Below are positions 21,257-31,641 of a DNA stretch of 64,000 nucleotides, piece after piece (position 1 is the first letter of the stretch; every line of letters starts with the position of its first letter). The notes under the pieces were generated by a model. That model made no database searches. It was not told the DNA's origin and saw nothing but the letters and a program-made list of their open reading frames with translations. The translations under genes were made by a program, and so were the position numbers. Source of the stretch: Macrostomum lignano (Eukaryota); NCBI GenBank assembly GCA_002269645.1, contig NIVC01000242.1, positions 1 through 64,000 on the forward strand, read 5' to 3'.

Positions 21257-21806
21257 ATTTCAAAGTACTGTAAGAAAAAATAAGACAGCTCAGTCTCAGA
21301 GAGCTTTAAAATACAGAATGGACAGAATTTGACGCATTTCAAGGTACTGTAAGAAAAAATAAGACAGCTCAGAGAGCTTTAAAATACAGAATAGACAGAA
21401 TTTGACGCATTTCAAGGTACTGTAAGAAAAAATAAAACAGCTCAGAGAGCTTTAAAATACAGAATAGACAGAATTTGACGCATTTCAAGGTACTGTAAGA
21501 AAAAATAAAACAGCTCAGAGAGCTTTAAAATACAGAATAGACAGAATTTGACGCATTTCAAGGTACTGTAAGAAAAAATAAAACAGCTCAGAGAGCTTTA
21601 AAATACAGAATAGACAGAATTTGACGCATTTCAAGGTACTGTAAGAAAAATAAAACAGCTCAGAGAGCTTTAAGATACAGAATAGACAGAATTTGACGCA
21701 TTTCAAGGTACTGTAAGAAAAAATAAAACAGCTCAGAGAGCTTTAAGATACAGAATAGACAGAATTTGACGCATTTCAAGGTACTGTAAGAAAAAATAAA
21801 ACAGTA
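21257..21806. repeat. 73-bp tandem array (about 7.5 copies) inside the EnSpm element
   Basis: Unit TTTCAAGGTACTGTAAGAAAAAATAAAACAGCTCAGAGAGCTTTAAAATACAGAATAGACAGAATTTGACGCA; starts at 21337, 21410, 21483, 21556, 21629, 21701 and 21774. Confidence 0.95.
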
Positions 21807-22133
21807 AATTTTACTGAACAGTCAATAAATAGAATTAGCCGAATTCGGTACGCATTAAGGGCAAGGGCCGACTAATCCTTTACGAAACGAAGTTAATGCT
21901 GCATTAGTCAATTATTTGCGCACAGAAACTTGGAGATTTTGAATATGGAGAGATCGGACAAAGAGAGGTAACGGTGGGAGTCTGAGAGGGAGGAAGTTGG
22001 GCATCTGGAAAGTTATTCTGATTCCCTGATGGTTTTATCTTGGTCATGGAGCATAATTTTATTTTCTGCCAGACTTTGCAGCATTAATAATAAAATAATC
22101 GGATCTAAGGTACGGACACATACTCGTACCTTT

Positions 22134-24434
22134 TTAATCATGTTCAAACTCTTTGAACAATGGCACAGCGCAATAACAGTCTTTGCTGAACGATTCTACT
22201 GGAACAGCGATGCAGGGTCGATCGACCTCTGAAAAATTAACTATACGTTCGCGTCTGGCCGATCTGGGCGCATTAGACAGGGATATCAATACAAAATTGA
22301 ATGTCGAAGACTTTTTGAACATGGATTCCAGCAATGCTTTCCAATTAAGTAAATCGATGGGGAAAGTTGCTGCTGGTACTCGTAAAACAAAATCAAACAG
22401 CGAACCAATGGGATCCAAAATTTGCACTCGAATAGTATTAGGCTCGAGGAACTCTGCAATAGTGCAGATTTCGCCGGACTTCAATTGGCAAAGATGGTTA
22501 GAATTTTTCGACGCACAAGCTGAGCTTGTCGAGAAAAAATGTCCATTAAAATAAGCAAGTGAGTTTCGAAGAATACCATGTGGCCTGGATGGCTCTAAAG
22601 ATATAGAGTTAACTGCATCCACTACAATAGAGTCCTTAACACAAGAAAAGTAGTGATGTAGCAACTTTTGAAACAAAAACTTGCGAACAAGCTGTGGGCC
22701 AAATGACACAGTTCCGCATAAGAACTTTTTGAACATGCCAATGGAGCTCTCAAATGCGAACATAGAATAATTAAATACAGGTCCGTACAATTCGTACTGT
22801 TCAGCCATATGCAAAAGCAGGTGGAAATTAAGGCGGAGTACTTTCGGTCCGAATATTTGCTGAGCATTGGAGATAAAAGCTTTGCATAGCTTTTCGATAT
22901 CAGTCTTATTTGATTGGGGGCTATACAACATGTGATAAATAAGAACTAAATTAGTTAACAGCAGTTTCAATGGAAAATGCGAAATTCTCTGCAAAAACGT
23001 AGGAAGAAGAAAGTATAGCGCAAAGTTTTTAAAATGCTTTGCTTTCCAATCTGAAAAGCCTTTAAAATTTGTGTTGATTGTGATGCTAGAAGGAGTTATA
23101 GATTGACGAATACAATTAGATATGAAATCCATGCAATTAGCTGAGCAAAAATACAACTCGCGCCTGTTTGCAGGTAATGACAGCTCTTCTAGTAGATACT
23201 TGGTGTGGCCTTCGAAAAAGCAGTGTAAACTGTCAATAGGATTGCAGCTGGGAAACGGAACATAGTCTAACAAGCAACTGCGCATCTTTACGCCAAAAAC
23301 AGGCCGATTTCGAATTTGTGCGAGCCGACAGTGTTCAAGATGGGAAGATGGGTTTCTCAAAGGAAACAAGTAGCCTTCACCATAGCGGAAGATCCAGTTT
23401 TTACCTTTCTCGGATACTTTAAAGCTCTCACCTGGGTGCAAGCACCTAGGACAGCTAAACGCACCATTGTACTGGTGAATGCAGAAGAGCTTAGCAAGAG
23501 CGGGCAAGTCACAAACAAAGAGTGTGTAATGGACATGAACGGTGTATTCCGAGAATATAAACTGTTTTGGCAAATTGTTCATAATTTCAGACAGAAAAGA
23601 CTGGAAATGCGGGACTGCCTTCGATGAAACAAGAGCAATTAGAATTAAATTTGCAAAGCGTTGACGGATGTAAACAGGAAGGTTTAGAAGTTGAGCCTGA
23701 AATGGCCAAAAGCTACTCTGAACAGATTCAAAAAAATTGGCGCCATCAGCTGAGATTAGAAGATGCAAGTGAAGCGACTTGCCAGAAGATAGGCTTAAGC
23801 CTTGTTCTTTAACTATTTTGGAATTCAAAACGTCTGTGTTTTTATCCTTTTGCAATTCTTGCTCATACTGCAGAATAGTTGAAGTGTGGCTGCTTAAGAT
23901 AGTCCGCAGCTGTGGAACAATATTGAGCTGTGTCACAGCAACCTTTGACTTTGGGGAATGAACCTGACACTGGCTTTTGCATTCTGGGCAAAAGCCAAAT
24001 TCAGACACGTCACTATCATCAAGAGGGCAAGTATCTTGAATCAATGATTTGAGCAACTTGACGCTATTTGGAAGAGCTAGAGAATCTCTACTAAAAATAG
24101 AAAGTAGCTTCAGGAGTCTATCAAGAGCAGCCTCTGAAACTCCGGAAGTAATTGCCCACTGAAAAATCAGAGCCGCCTGCACACTGGGATCTGAGATGGA
24201 AGCCAAATTCGCTAAGCTATCTGAACTCTCCTCAAGCACAGGCACAGCATTGTTTTCACCAATAAAAGTTTCCACAGCGTCAGGACAGCTGTGCGAGTGC
24301 GTTACACCGGCTTCGCTTGAAATTGAACTCCTATTACTTGTAGAAAAACTATTTGAGGGAGAAGAAATCGCCTGACAAGAGTAGGCTGAGTAATTAGTAG
24401 AAAGAGAGTGCTCAGATTCTGATTTACTAGACAT
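22134..24434 (-). CDS. EnSpm/CACTA-type (Tnp2/TnpD-like) DDE transposase, 766 aa, uninterrupted
   Basis: CMC motifs: CPEC..C..H, ISADG...SFWP...LNLP..IR, VCDLPA...HQYNGAFSCPRC, IDSLHCFFEG, FHLLLH....YELYGP....SMFAFESSIG. Confidence 0.9.
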   Translation of the reverse strand: MSSKSESEHSLSTNYSAYSCQAISSPSNSFSTSNRSSISSEAGVTHSHSCPDAVETFIGENNAVPVLEESSDSLANLASISDPSVQAALIFQWAITSGVSEAALDRLLKLLSIFSRDSLALPNSVKLLKSLIQDTCPLDDSDVSEFGFCPECKSQCQVHSPKSKVAVTQLNIVPQLRTILSSHTSTILQYEQELQKDKNTDVLNSKIVKEQGLSLSSGKSLHLHLLISADGANFFESVQSSFWPFQAQLLNLPVYIRQRFANLILIALVSSKAVPHFQSFLSEIMNNLPKQFIFSEYTVHVHYTLFVCDLPALAKLFCIHQYNGAFSCPRCLHPGESFKVSEKGKNWIFRYGEGYLFPLRNPSSHLEHCRLAQIRNRPVFGVKMRSCLLDYVPFPSCNPIDSLHCFFEGHTKYLLEELSLPANRRELYFCSANCMDFISNCIRQSITPSSITINTNFKGFSDWKAKHFKNFALYFLLPTFLQRISHFPLKLLLTNLVLIYHMLYSPQSNKTDIEKLCKAFISNAQQIFGPKVLRLNFHLLLHMAEQYELYGPVFNYSMFAFESSIGMFKKFLCGTVSFGPQLVRKFLFQKLLHHYFSCVKDSIVVDAVNSISLEPSRPHGILRNSLAYFNGHFFSTSSACASKNSNHLCQLKSGEICTIAEFLEPNTIRVQILDPIGSLFDFVLRVPAATFPIDLLNWKALLESMFKKSSTFNFVLISLSNAPRSARRERIVNFSEVDRPCIAVPVESFSKDCYCAVPLFKEFEHD

Positions 24435-24483
24435 AAAAATAGCAATTCAAATATTCAAAAGTTACTAGAATTTTTTCCGCAAT

Positions 24484-26434
24484 TCACGGTCCCATTCGCC
24501 TTGAGCGGGAAATGGAATCCCCTGACTCGGGTCCAGAAGCAGCAGTTGAAGTTCGCTTTCTCGCCCGTGTCTCCTCCCTGGCCAGCTGATTGAGATGGTC
24601 TCGTACAGACTTCCAGATTTCGTGGAAGTCGTAGCCAGATGTTCGATAGCACAATTGAAGCAAACCTGAAAATTCACGAGTATAGTAAAATATTTTTACA
24701 ATAGACATTGTGTACTGTGTTTATAGTAGAAATAGGCTAAATTTAAAAGGAAGTTGATTTATGATGCTAATCATTAAATAGGTCAATGGGATGTATTGAA
24801 CTTTAGAACTATTTTTCCTCAATTTCTTTTATCTCAGACCTAAATGTGTTTTTTTAGAAAATATCCCAAGTATTGGATTCAGATCATTTAGCATTAATTA
24901 GCCTAAATTGCTTTATAATAAAAAAATTGCACAAAACTGTGAAAAAATTATATATATATATTTACGTTGAAACTCTGTCACATGCTCAGATGGAGCAGGC
25001 CTTCGGGAACTGCGAGCACCACAGGATGAATCGATTATATGCTCAAGCAAGTAGCCTTCGCCAAATCGCAGCTTGATATACCTTCGGAGGAACACCTTAG
25101 GATCGTTGCAAAGAATTGAAGACAGCTCAGCTAGGGAACCATCAATGCACCTAAATTCCTAAAAAATGTTATTATATAGTAGAACTTTTATACTACAGAC
25201 GTGATGCTGCTGATGCTAAGAAAAAACTGACATACCTCATTTTGGTATTCTTTAATTGTTAGCATTCCACCAAAGTTGTCATCCTTTTTTAAAAGTCGGC
25301 ATATCCTTGCAGCAAGACGCTTCTCAAGAGAAAGCAACTCGGATTGAATGAACAGTTTTAGATCTAGAGTAAGATATATGCTCATATATAAAAATATGGT
25401 GATTTTGATTTTTAATAATGTGATTGTATCATATTAAAAAAATAAAATTATACCTTTCATTGTTGCATCCGATTCACTGTTTACTATCTGTACCCCTCGG
25501 AGGGGTTGCACTTCTTGAATTGCACCTAGTGATAAAAAAGGCTTATTGCTACAAAAATATTGACTCATTTGGTATTTGGTTTTCAATTAGGTGTAATAGA
25601 ATATACAAACTTGATTCCAAGAGGCCTGTGGCACGAGCTTGCTCATTTTCAACCAAAGATGCCTCTCTCTCAAATGCAGAAATGGCTTTTTCTAAAAAAT
25701 AATAATTAATCAAATAATACAACAAAAAAAACAAATTGCAAACAATTAATAGTTCATATATATTGCAGTTTTACCCATTGATTGAGTAGCTGGTATCGCC
25801 AAATTTGGTTCGCCACTTTCACTATCCACTTCATAAAGCTCGTCAAGTAGTCCATGCTGATGACAACTAGAACTTGAAGCAACCTGCTTTGAACTAGATG
25901 ACCTTATTGTCCTTACATTTGCAATGCCAGCTTGGGGATCTTTCATTGCAAAAAGCTCAATAGCTTGGCTAATCAATGAATCAGTATTTTCAGCCTCACT
26001 AACCAAGTTGGAAAGTTGGTTCATAGTTGAAGCCATTTGCCTTTCACTACCTTTTGCCACAAGTGTAGCAGAAAATAGTTTGCCATACATGCGTAAAAAG
26101 ACTTTAGTCCCCTAAAATATAATTTAATAAAGTAATATTACATTTGTAGTTGGAATAATTTGTTTTAGAAACCATGTACTCAATAACAAAATATTATGCA
26201 TATAAATCCAACTTAAAATCTTACTTGTGCAAGTTCCAACTTTTCATCATTAGTTATTGTACTTGGCCAATAGGGAGACCCAAATGCAATGGTCACATAT
26301 TGCTCATCATGGCCAACATTGTGAAGAATAAAGCAGAAAAACAATGCTGAATTGTCATTTCCAAATTTAGAAGTACTTTTTGTCTGCTTTCGAAGAGGCC
26401 TAGAATTAGATGCACTTAATCCAATATCATCCAT
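24484..26434 (-). CDS. Transposon accessory gene (TnpA-position), 7 exons, 400 aa, coiled-coil plus C-terminal BEN-like domain
   Basis: Phase-consistent GT-AG exons: 26225-26434, 25775-26111, 25611-25691, 25454-25525, 25236-25363, 24966-25158 and 24484-24665 (1203 nt, no internal stop). The C-terminus FLRRYIKLRFGEGYLLEH...LLQLCYRTSGYDFHEIWKSVRDHLNQLARE fits the BEN/DUF4806 pattern by eye. Confidence 0.75.
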
Positions 26435-29369
26435 AACAATTTGTTCTGAAAAAGTTTCACAAGGAGATAAGGTTTGAAGAATCAATCAAGAGGCCAATGA
26501 CAAACCAATTAGAATTGTATATAAAAAAAATTTAATGTAGGGACCCTAGGCCCCTATGATTTTAAATAAAAATTATAATATAAGGCCTAGGCCCTATATA
26601 TAGGCCTATAATTATAAAGTTGTGCCATTGTGGATTTTCTGATACAAAGTAGACAATATTAGGCCTAATTGGGCCTAGTCTAGTCTAGTTTTGATTATAG
26701 ACTGTATATTAGATACAAAGGACATGAAAGGTCTCGAAATTAAGTACCAATTACCATAATATACTATTATTTTTTATTATTTTGAAACTGTCAGCCTACC
26801 ATGTGATTTTTATCATTAGGCTATGGCCTAGGTCTAGGATGCCACTTTAGACTAGGCCTTTGGCTTTGGTTAGGCCAACCTATCATTATAAAAATGCAGC
26901 AAAATATCATTCAAAAATATACATCTAACCCCTATAGGTTATCTTTGCATCCCAAATATAATATATAATAGGGTTTCTATTTTCTAATATATCTACAAAT
27001 ACAATTTTCACTGAAGGAGTGAAGATCAAAATTAGCATGTCAAAAAACCTTACAAGCCACCGAATTTTAAAACTAGCTACCAAAAGTGGAACTGGAAGTA
27101 TATAGCTAAGAAAAAACATAAACATAAACATAGCACATAGTGACACATAATGAAATGATGACAACATGCAAGAGTGACAGAGTCCTCTTAGAAAGGAAAA
27201 ATAGGCCTAGTAATTTATGTTTATGGGAAGTTAAGTCCGTAATTAACTAAACCGAAACAAAATGGCCAACAAAATTGCTGGTAATATATTCAAAGCAATT
27301 TGTAGGTGAAGATTTTAACAAATTTATTAAACTATTTTTTGTATTTACAATTTCGCTTTTATTAAATATATTTAAAACTTTATTAGATATACATAAAATA
27401 GCCTGAAATTTTTTATAAGCTTAGTTATTTATTTTCCCGTATGAACTCCCTGACATGGATGATTTTACCATGGAAAGTTTTAAAAATCCATGCATGAAAA
27501 TACCATGAACATGCATGATTTATCAATGGATCATGGATCATAGATGATTTATCCATGATAAGAGAGTAGGGACGTAAAAAAGCTGCTCGGGACTGTATAA
27601 TTAATTTTCAGCGCCATAGCCCATGTGTTTATACACATGTGTTTTAACGCAGCCCCGTCACAATGTATACACGCGTATTTACGCTTAGGTATCCATGTAA
27701 ATTAATCGTATACATGTAATGTACTGTTCACAATTGTATAATAGTCGACTGATCTGCAGGGCTCTCTTATCGCCTTACCTATACATGTATATGCATTATA
27801 TATTATGAAATGGATGATGAAGTCATAATTCAGGGATCACGTGGTTGGATATAGATAGACAGTCGCGCGTGGTGAACAACGTACATGTACCGCGGTCCCA
27901 TTCGGTCAACAATAGCATAACCCGGATTTTTATCTGAGGGATCACGAGCCAAGATCAGTCATAGCACTCCTCATAGTCAATGTCACTGTGACATAATCAA
28001 GCTCCAGGGTATTTTTCAGTGAGGCAAGAATCACTGAATAAAATGACTTAGCGCCACAGGCTAGGCGAGGGTTTATAGCTTTTAAGTCGTGTGTTCTTCG
28101 TGTATCGATGATCACCTTAATTTAATTTTGCTGACAATTAAAAAAGCAATATTCTAAATTTCAATAGTCGGGTCTCTGTGGGCTATGAACCCCATGACCC
28201 TCTTTGGCTACGCCCAATGGCGGTTCAGGACCACACCACTGAGTATACGTTATCGCCTAAATACATGTAAGTACATGTAGTAGAACTGCACTAGTATAAA
28301 TGTCACTTCAAAATAGCGTCCTTGAATACGAGTAGTTTCAGTAGCCATCTAAAGTCAATTACTTGAAATTCAAACTTTTTTGCATGTGTGTTAATATTAT
28401 GTGCGTAGTAAAGCGCCTACTATAAATTCAACAAATTTTGCATGCATTGATTTGATATTTTGATTTTATTTCTTTTGTTACGAATTTATACGGCTCAACT
28501 GCAAAACTAATTTTGACATAAAATGATAACGAAAAGGCTTAAGCATTCAAGAATTCTTAACTTTAACTAAAAGCTACTATTGTGCTTATCTTTTGTTTTT
28601 TAGTTATTTAAAACTTTTTAAAATACGGTTTTCACAGAAAACATCAACAAAACTATGATCTTCCATATACGACTATGCAAGACATAATCACATAAGTGAA
28701 TCATCTAAGACTCTAAGAGTGAATAAAGAGGCGTAATGTGATACCTTTACCCGATAAAAATCTTTTTTAAGTAAATTTTTCTTCTCCCTATACATACGTA
28801 AGTAATAATCTCCAGCCCACTATCATATCATATAGGCATATGGCCTATAGCCTAGATATAGATAGATACCGTATAGCGGCTTTAAGGAAAAAGACACTGA
28901 TCGTTGATGTATGACTATAAGTGCTGTATATAGCTGGACTGACAGGTAAAGGCCTACAACTGACCCTAAAATATTATTATTTAATTTTTGACTCAAATGT
29001 CACCTGGTCCTGACTCCTGAGCAGACATGTCACTGCATTTCTGGTGCCAAATTTAAACCTAGGTTACACTTCTTAGTTAAATTCAACTGAGAATGAATGT
29101 AAAATCCATAATAGATGCTAAAAAGTGTACTATTCTACTACAATAATGTGCAATAAATGTTAGGCTAGGTCTATTTTCTCCATATAATGTACATTTAAAT
29201 TCTAAGTTAAGTTTAAATATTTTGATTTTGGAGCTAGTAAAATGGTATATAATAATAGTATAGACAAGATATAGTAGTTAGAGATATATTTACTATGAAT
29301 ATAAATAACTATTTTATGACTTATATTTGTAATTATATAATTTAACTATGCCCTAGTAGCCCGGCCCCT

Positions 29370-30015
29370 AGATTATAGTCATTTTGGTGACATTTTGGTG
29401 ATAGTCTTTTTGGTGACAAGCAATTGTCATTTTGGTGACAAGAAAAATACCCTTTTAGTGATAGCCATTCTGTTTTTAAATAGAAAATAACCTTGCAAAT
29501 CTTAAGGGATATTAAACCTAAAAATGTAAAAATTTTTTGAAATGGTTAAATATTGCTTTATTTAATTTTGTTTATTTACAATTACAGGGTTGCAATCTTT
29601 TGAATTTATGTTTTCCAATCCAAATAATACAGTGTCCAGTGAATATCTCTGCTTTTCTTGTGGTTGACATTTCATAAGGATTTATAGGTTTATAGTTTAT
29701 GTCTAAATATTCTAAGACAATTTAAAACAATCTGCTCAAAAATAAAACAATCTAATTGGTTTGATTTCTTTTCTTAAAATATTAATCTTTTGGCAAAAAA
29801 TTTAAATATATATACAAAGCATAAATCTTAACAATATAACTTCAAGCTAATATTATAAAGCACCTGTTATCACTAAAATAAATATACTCTTAAAATCTTT
29901 ATTTTTTCATCAAAAATGAAGTGGTCTATTACAAAAGCAACTTGTCACCAAAACGACTATTTGTCACCAAAATGTCTGTCACCAAAATGACTTGTCACCA
30001 AAACAACTAGTATCC
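29370..30015. mobile_element. Non-autonomous MULE/foldback-like element with subterminal repeats
   Basis: Termini AGATTATAGTCATTTTGGTGACA and the reverse complement GGATACTAGTTGTTTTGGTGACA. TTTTGGTGAC occurs about 4 times at the left end and GTCACCAAAA about 4 times at the right end; the interior is AT-rich and non-coding. Confidence 0.7.
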
Positions 30016-31641
30016 TATGCCCAATGGCTAAAGAAATATAAAAGTTTAATGCTTTTTTATAGACTTATAGCTATAACTATATCAATATTTTTATATTGAA
30101 TTGTTAAGCTAAATAAAATAAAACAAAATTATTTTAATAATAGTATAAATCAATAAAGACAAGTAAATAATAGCATAATAATTAAAATAGAATTAAAGTT
30201 TTGCTTACAATCATATTTACAATGACTTATAAACCCTAGAAAATAGCTTATCTATATTATTCTTGTTAAGTAATTTATTAATCCTTATTACTCAAATTTA
30301 AAATGATATTTTTTAATTTAATATTGATATTTTTAATGTTTTTGCATTATATTATTTTTAATAATAAATACATATAAGTTAAATTCAGTAAAAACTTTGG
30401 CCTTGGGTTTAGGATTTAAACTTATATTCTATAATCCTATGATTTAAGGATTATAATTAGGTTTTTTATACTTCTAATTGTAAAGGTTTATTATTAATAT
30501 AAATTTCTTAAAATATAATATTGAATGGTTATTTGTCACTTTAAGTGATTTCCCACTTAATGAAATTTTTCTTTTTGGCAATAAGTAATGTTTAATTTGG
30601 CAATAATGCTACTTGATTAAAAGTGTGTTTTCTGCAAAAGGTGCTTTAGGTATTTATTTATTAATTTTTTTGCAAAAAGTATGCTTCTCATTAAAATAGG
30701 ATTTTTGCTAAGTAAAATACTAGTTGTTAAGTGAAAATATTCATTGTTGTTAACATCAAATCTTTATGCATTAACTTTTTTTGTTAATAAAATCCTAATT
30801 GATATATTGTCATAAATTTTATAACTACCTAGCAATTTATGCTAGAAACTAGAGACTAAGCATGACAACATCAAAAGTGGCTAGTAGCCTTGGCTCAATT
30901 CAAAGTGCAATCAAATTACTTTTGAAGCTAAATTGGAATTTTGGCTTAGGTCTAATTGCTTATATTAATTAGTTATTAATTAGTTATAATTAATGCCTTT
31001 GAAAGCCAAGTTAGCTTAGCTATAAAAGCAAAGAAATACAACTCCCAAGACTTGTATATGCCTTAAAAATATAGTGAAGGTTGCTATACATTCCTTTGTG
31101 TGTGCCTACTCAAGGGAGTTAGTAGAATATATAGTAATGCCTTTTGCCAGTTGTGTAACAATGATGTTTGAAGTATGCTAAGGTATATACAATCTCCTTG
31201 CTGTTTAAAACAATTCAGTGAAAATCCCAAACAAATAAAAAATGATTGGTAAATCTTAAATTTTCCCATATATATATTAAAATGAAAAATATTAAATCCA
31301 TATACTTAAAATGAGTTGTTTGTATGTGTCTCTTGTATCTATTCTTCTATGTGTAGAAATTTAAATCGCTAATGAAACCTTGGTTTGACCAATCTGGTAT
31401 CAGAGGCTAAGTACAATTTTTCATGGCAGTTGCCAAATTCAAATTTAGTTTAATATTTAATTTATAGTTTCCTAAGCAACAACAAGTTCAACGTTCAGTT
31501 ATATGATTTTTTCACTGCCATAATTGCAGATCTGAGCACAAATTCTCCAGATCAAACTCTTGGGATGCTCACGGAGCTGCGGTTGCTTGCAGACTTGGAG
31601 AAGAGCAAACGCAGAAGCGGCAGCAGATTCTGCAGCAATCA

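Larger units (their letters stand above)
20841..27571 (-). mobile_element. Full-length EnSpm/CACTA (CMC superfamily) DNA transposon, two genes
   Basis: TIRs CCCTACTCTCCTTGCATGGATAAATCAT (20841-20868) and the reverse complement of 27544-27571 (CCCTACTCTCTTATCATGGATAAATCAT; 3 mismatches in 28). 2-bp TSD AC (20839-20840 and 27572-27573). CATGGA/TCCATG-rich subterminal repeats at both ends. Contains the transposase and a spliced accessory gene. Confidence 0.9.

Noticed and set aside
26925-27167. Third gene of the EnSpm element
   Set aside because: An AT-rich, low-complexity hydrophobic translation typical of non-coding DNA, with no phase-compatible link to the accessory gene.
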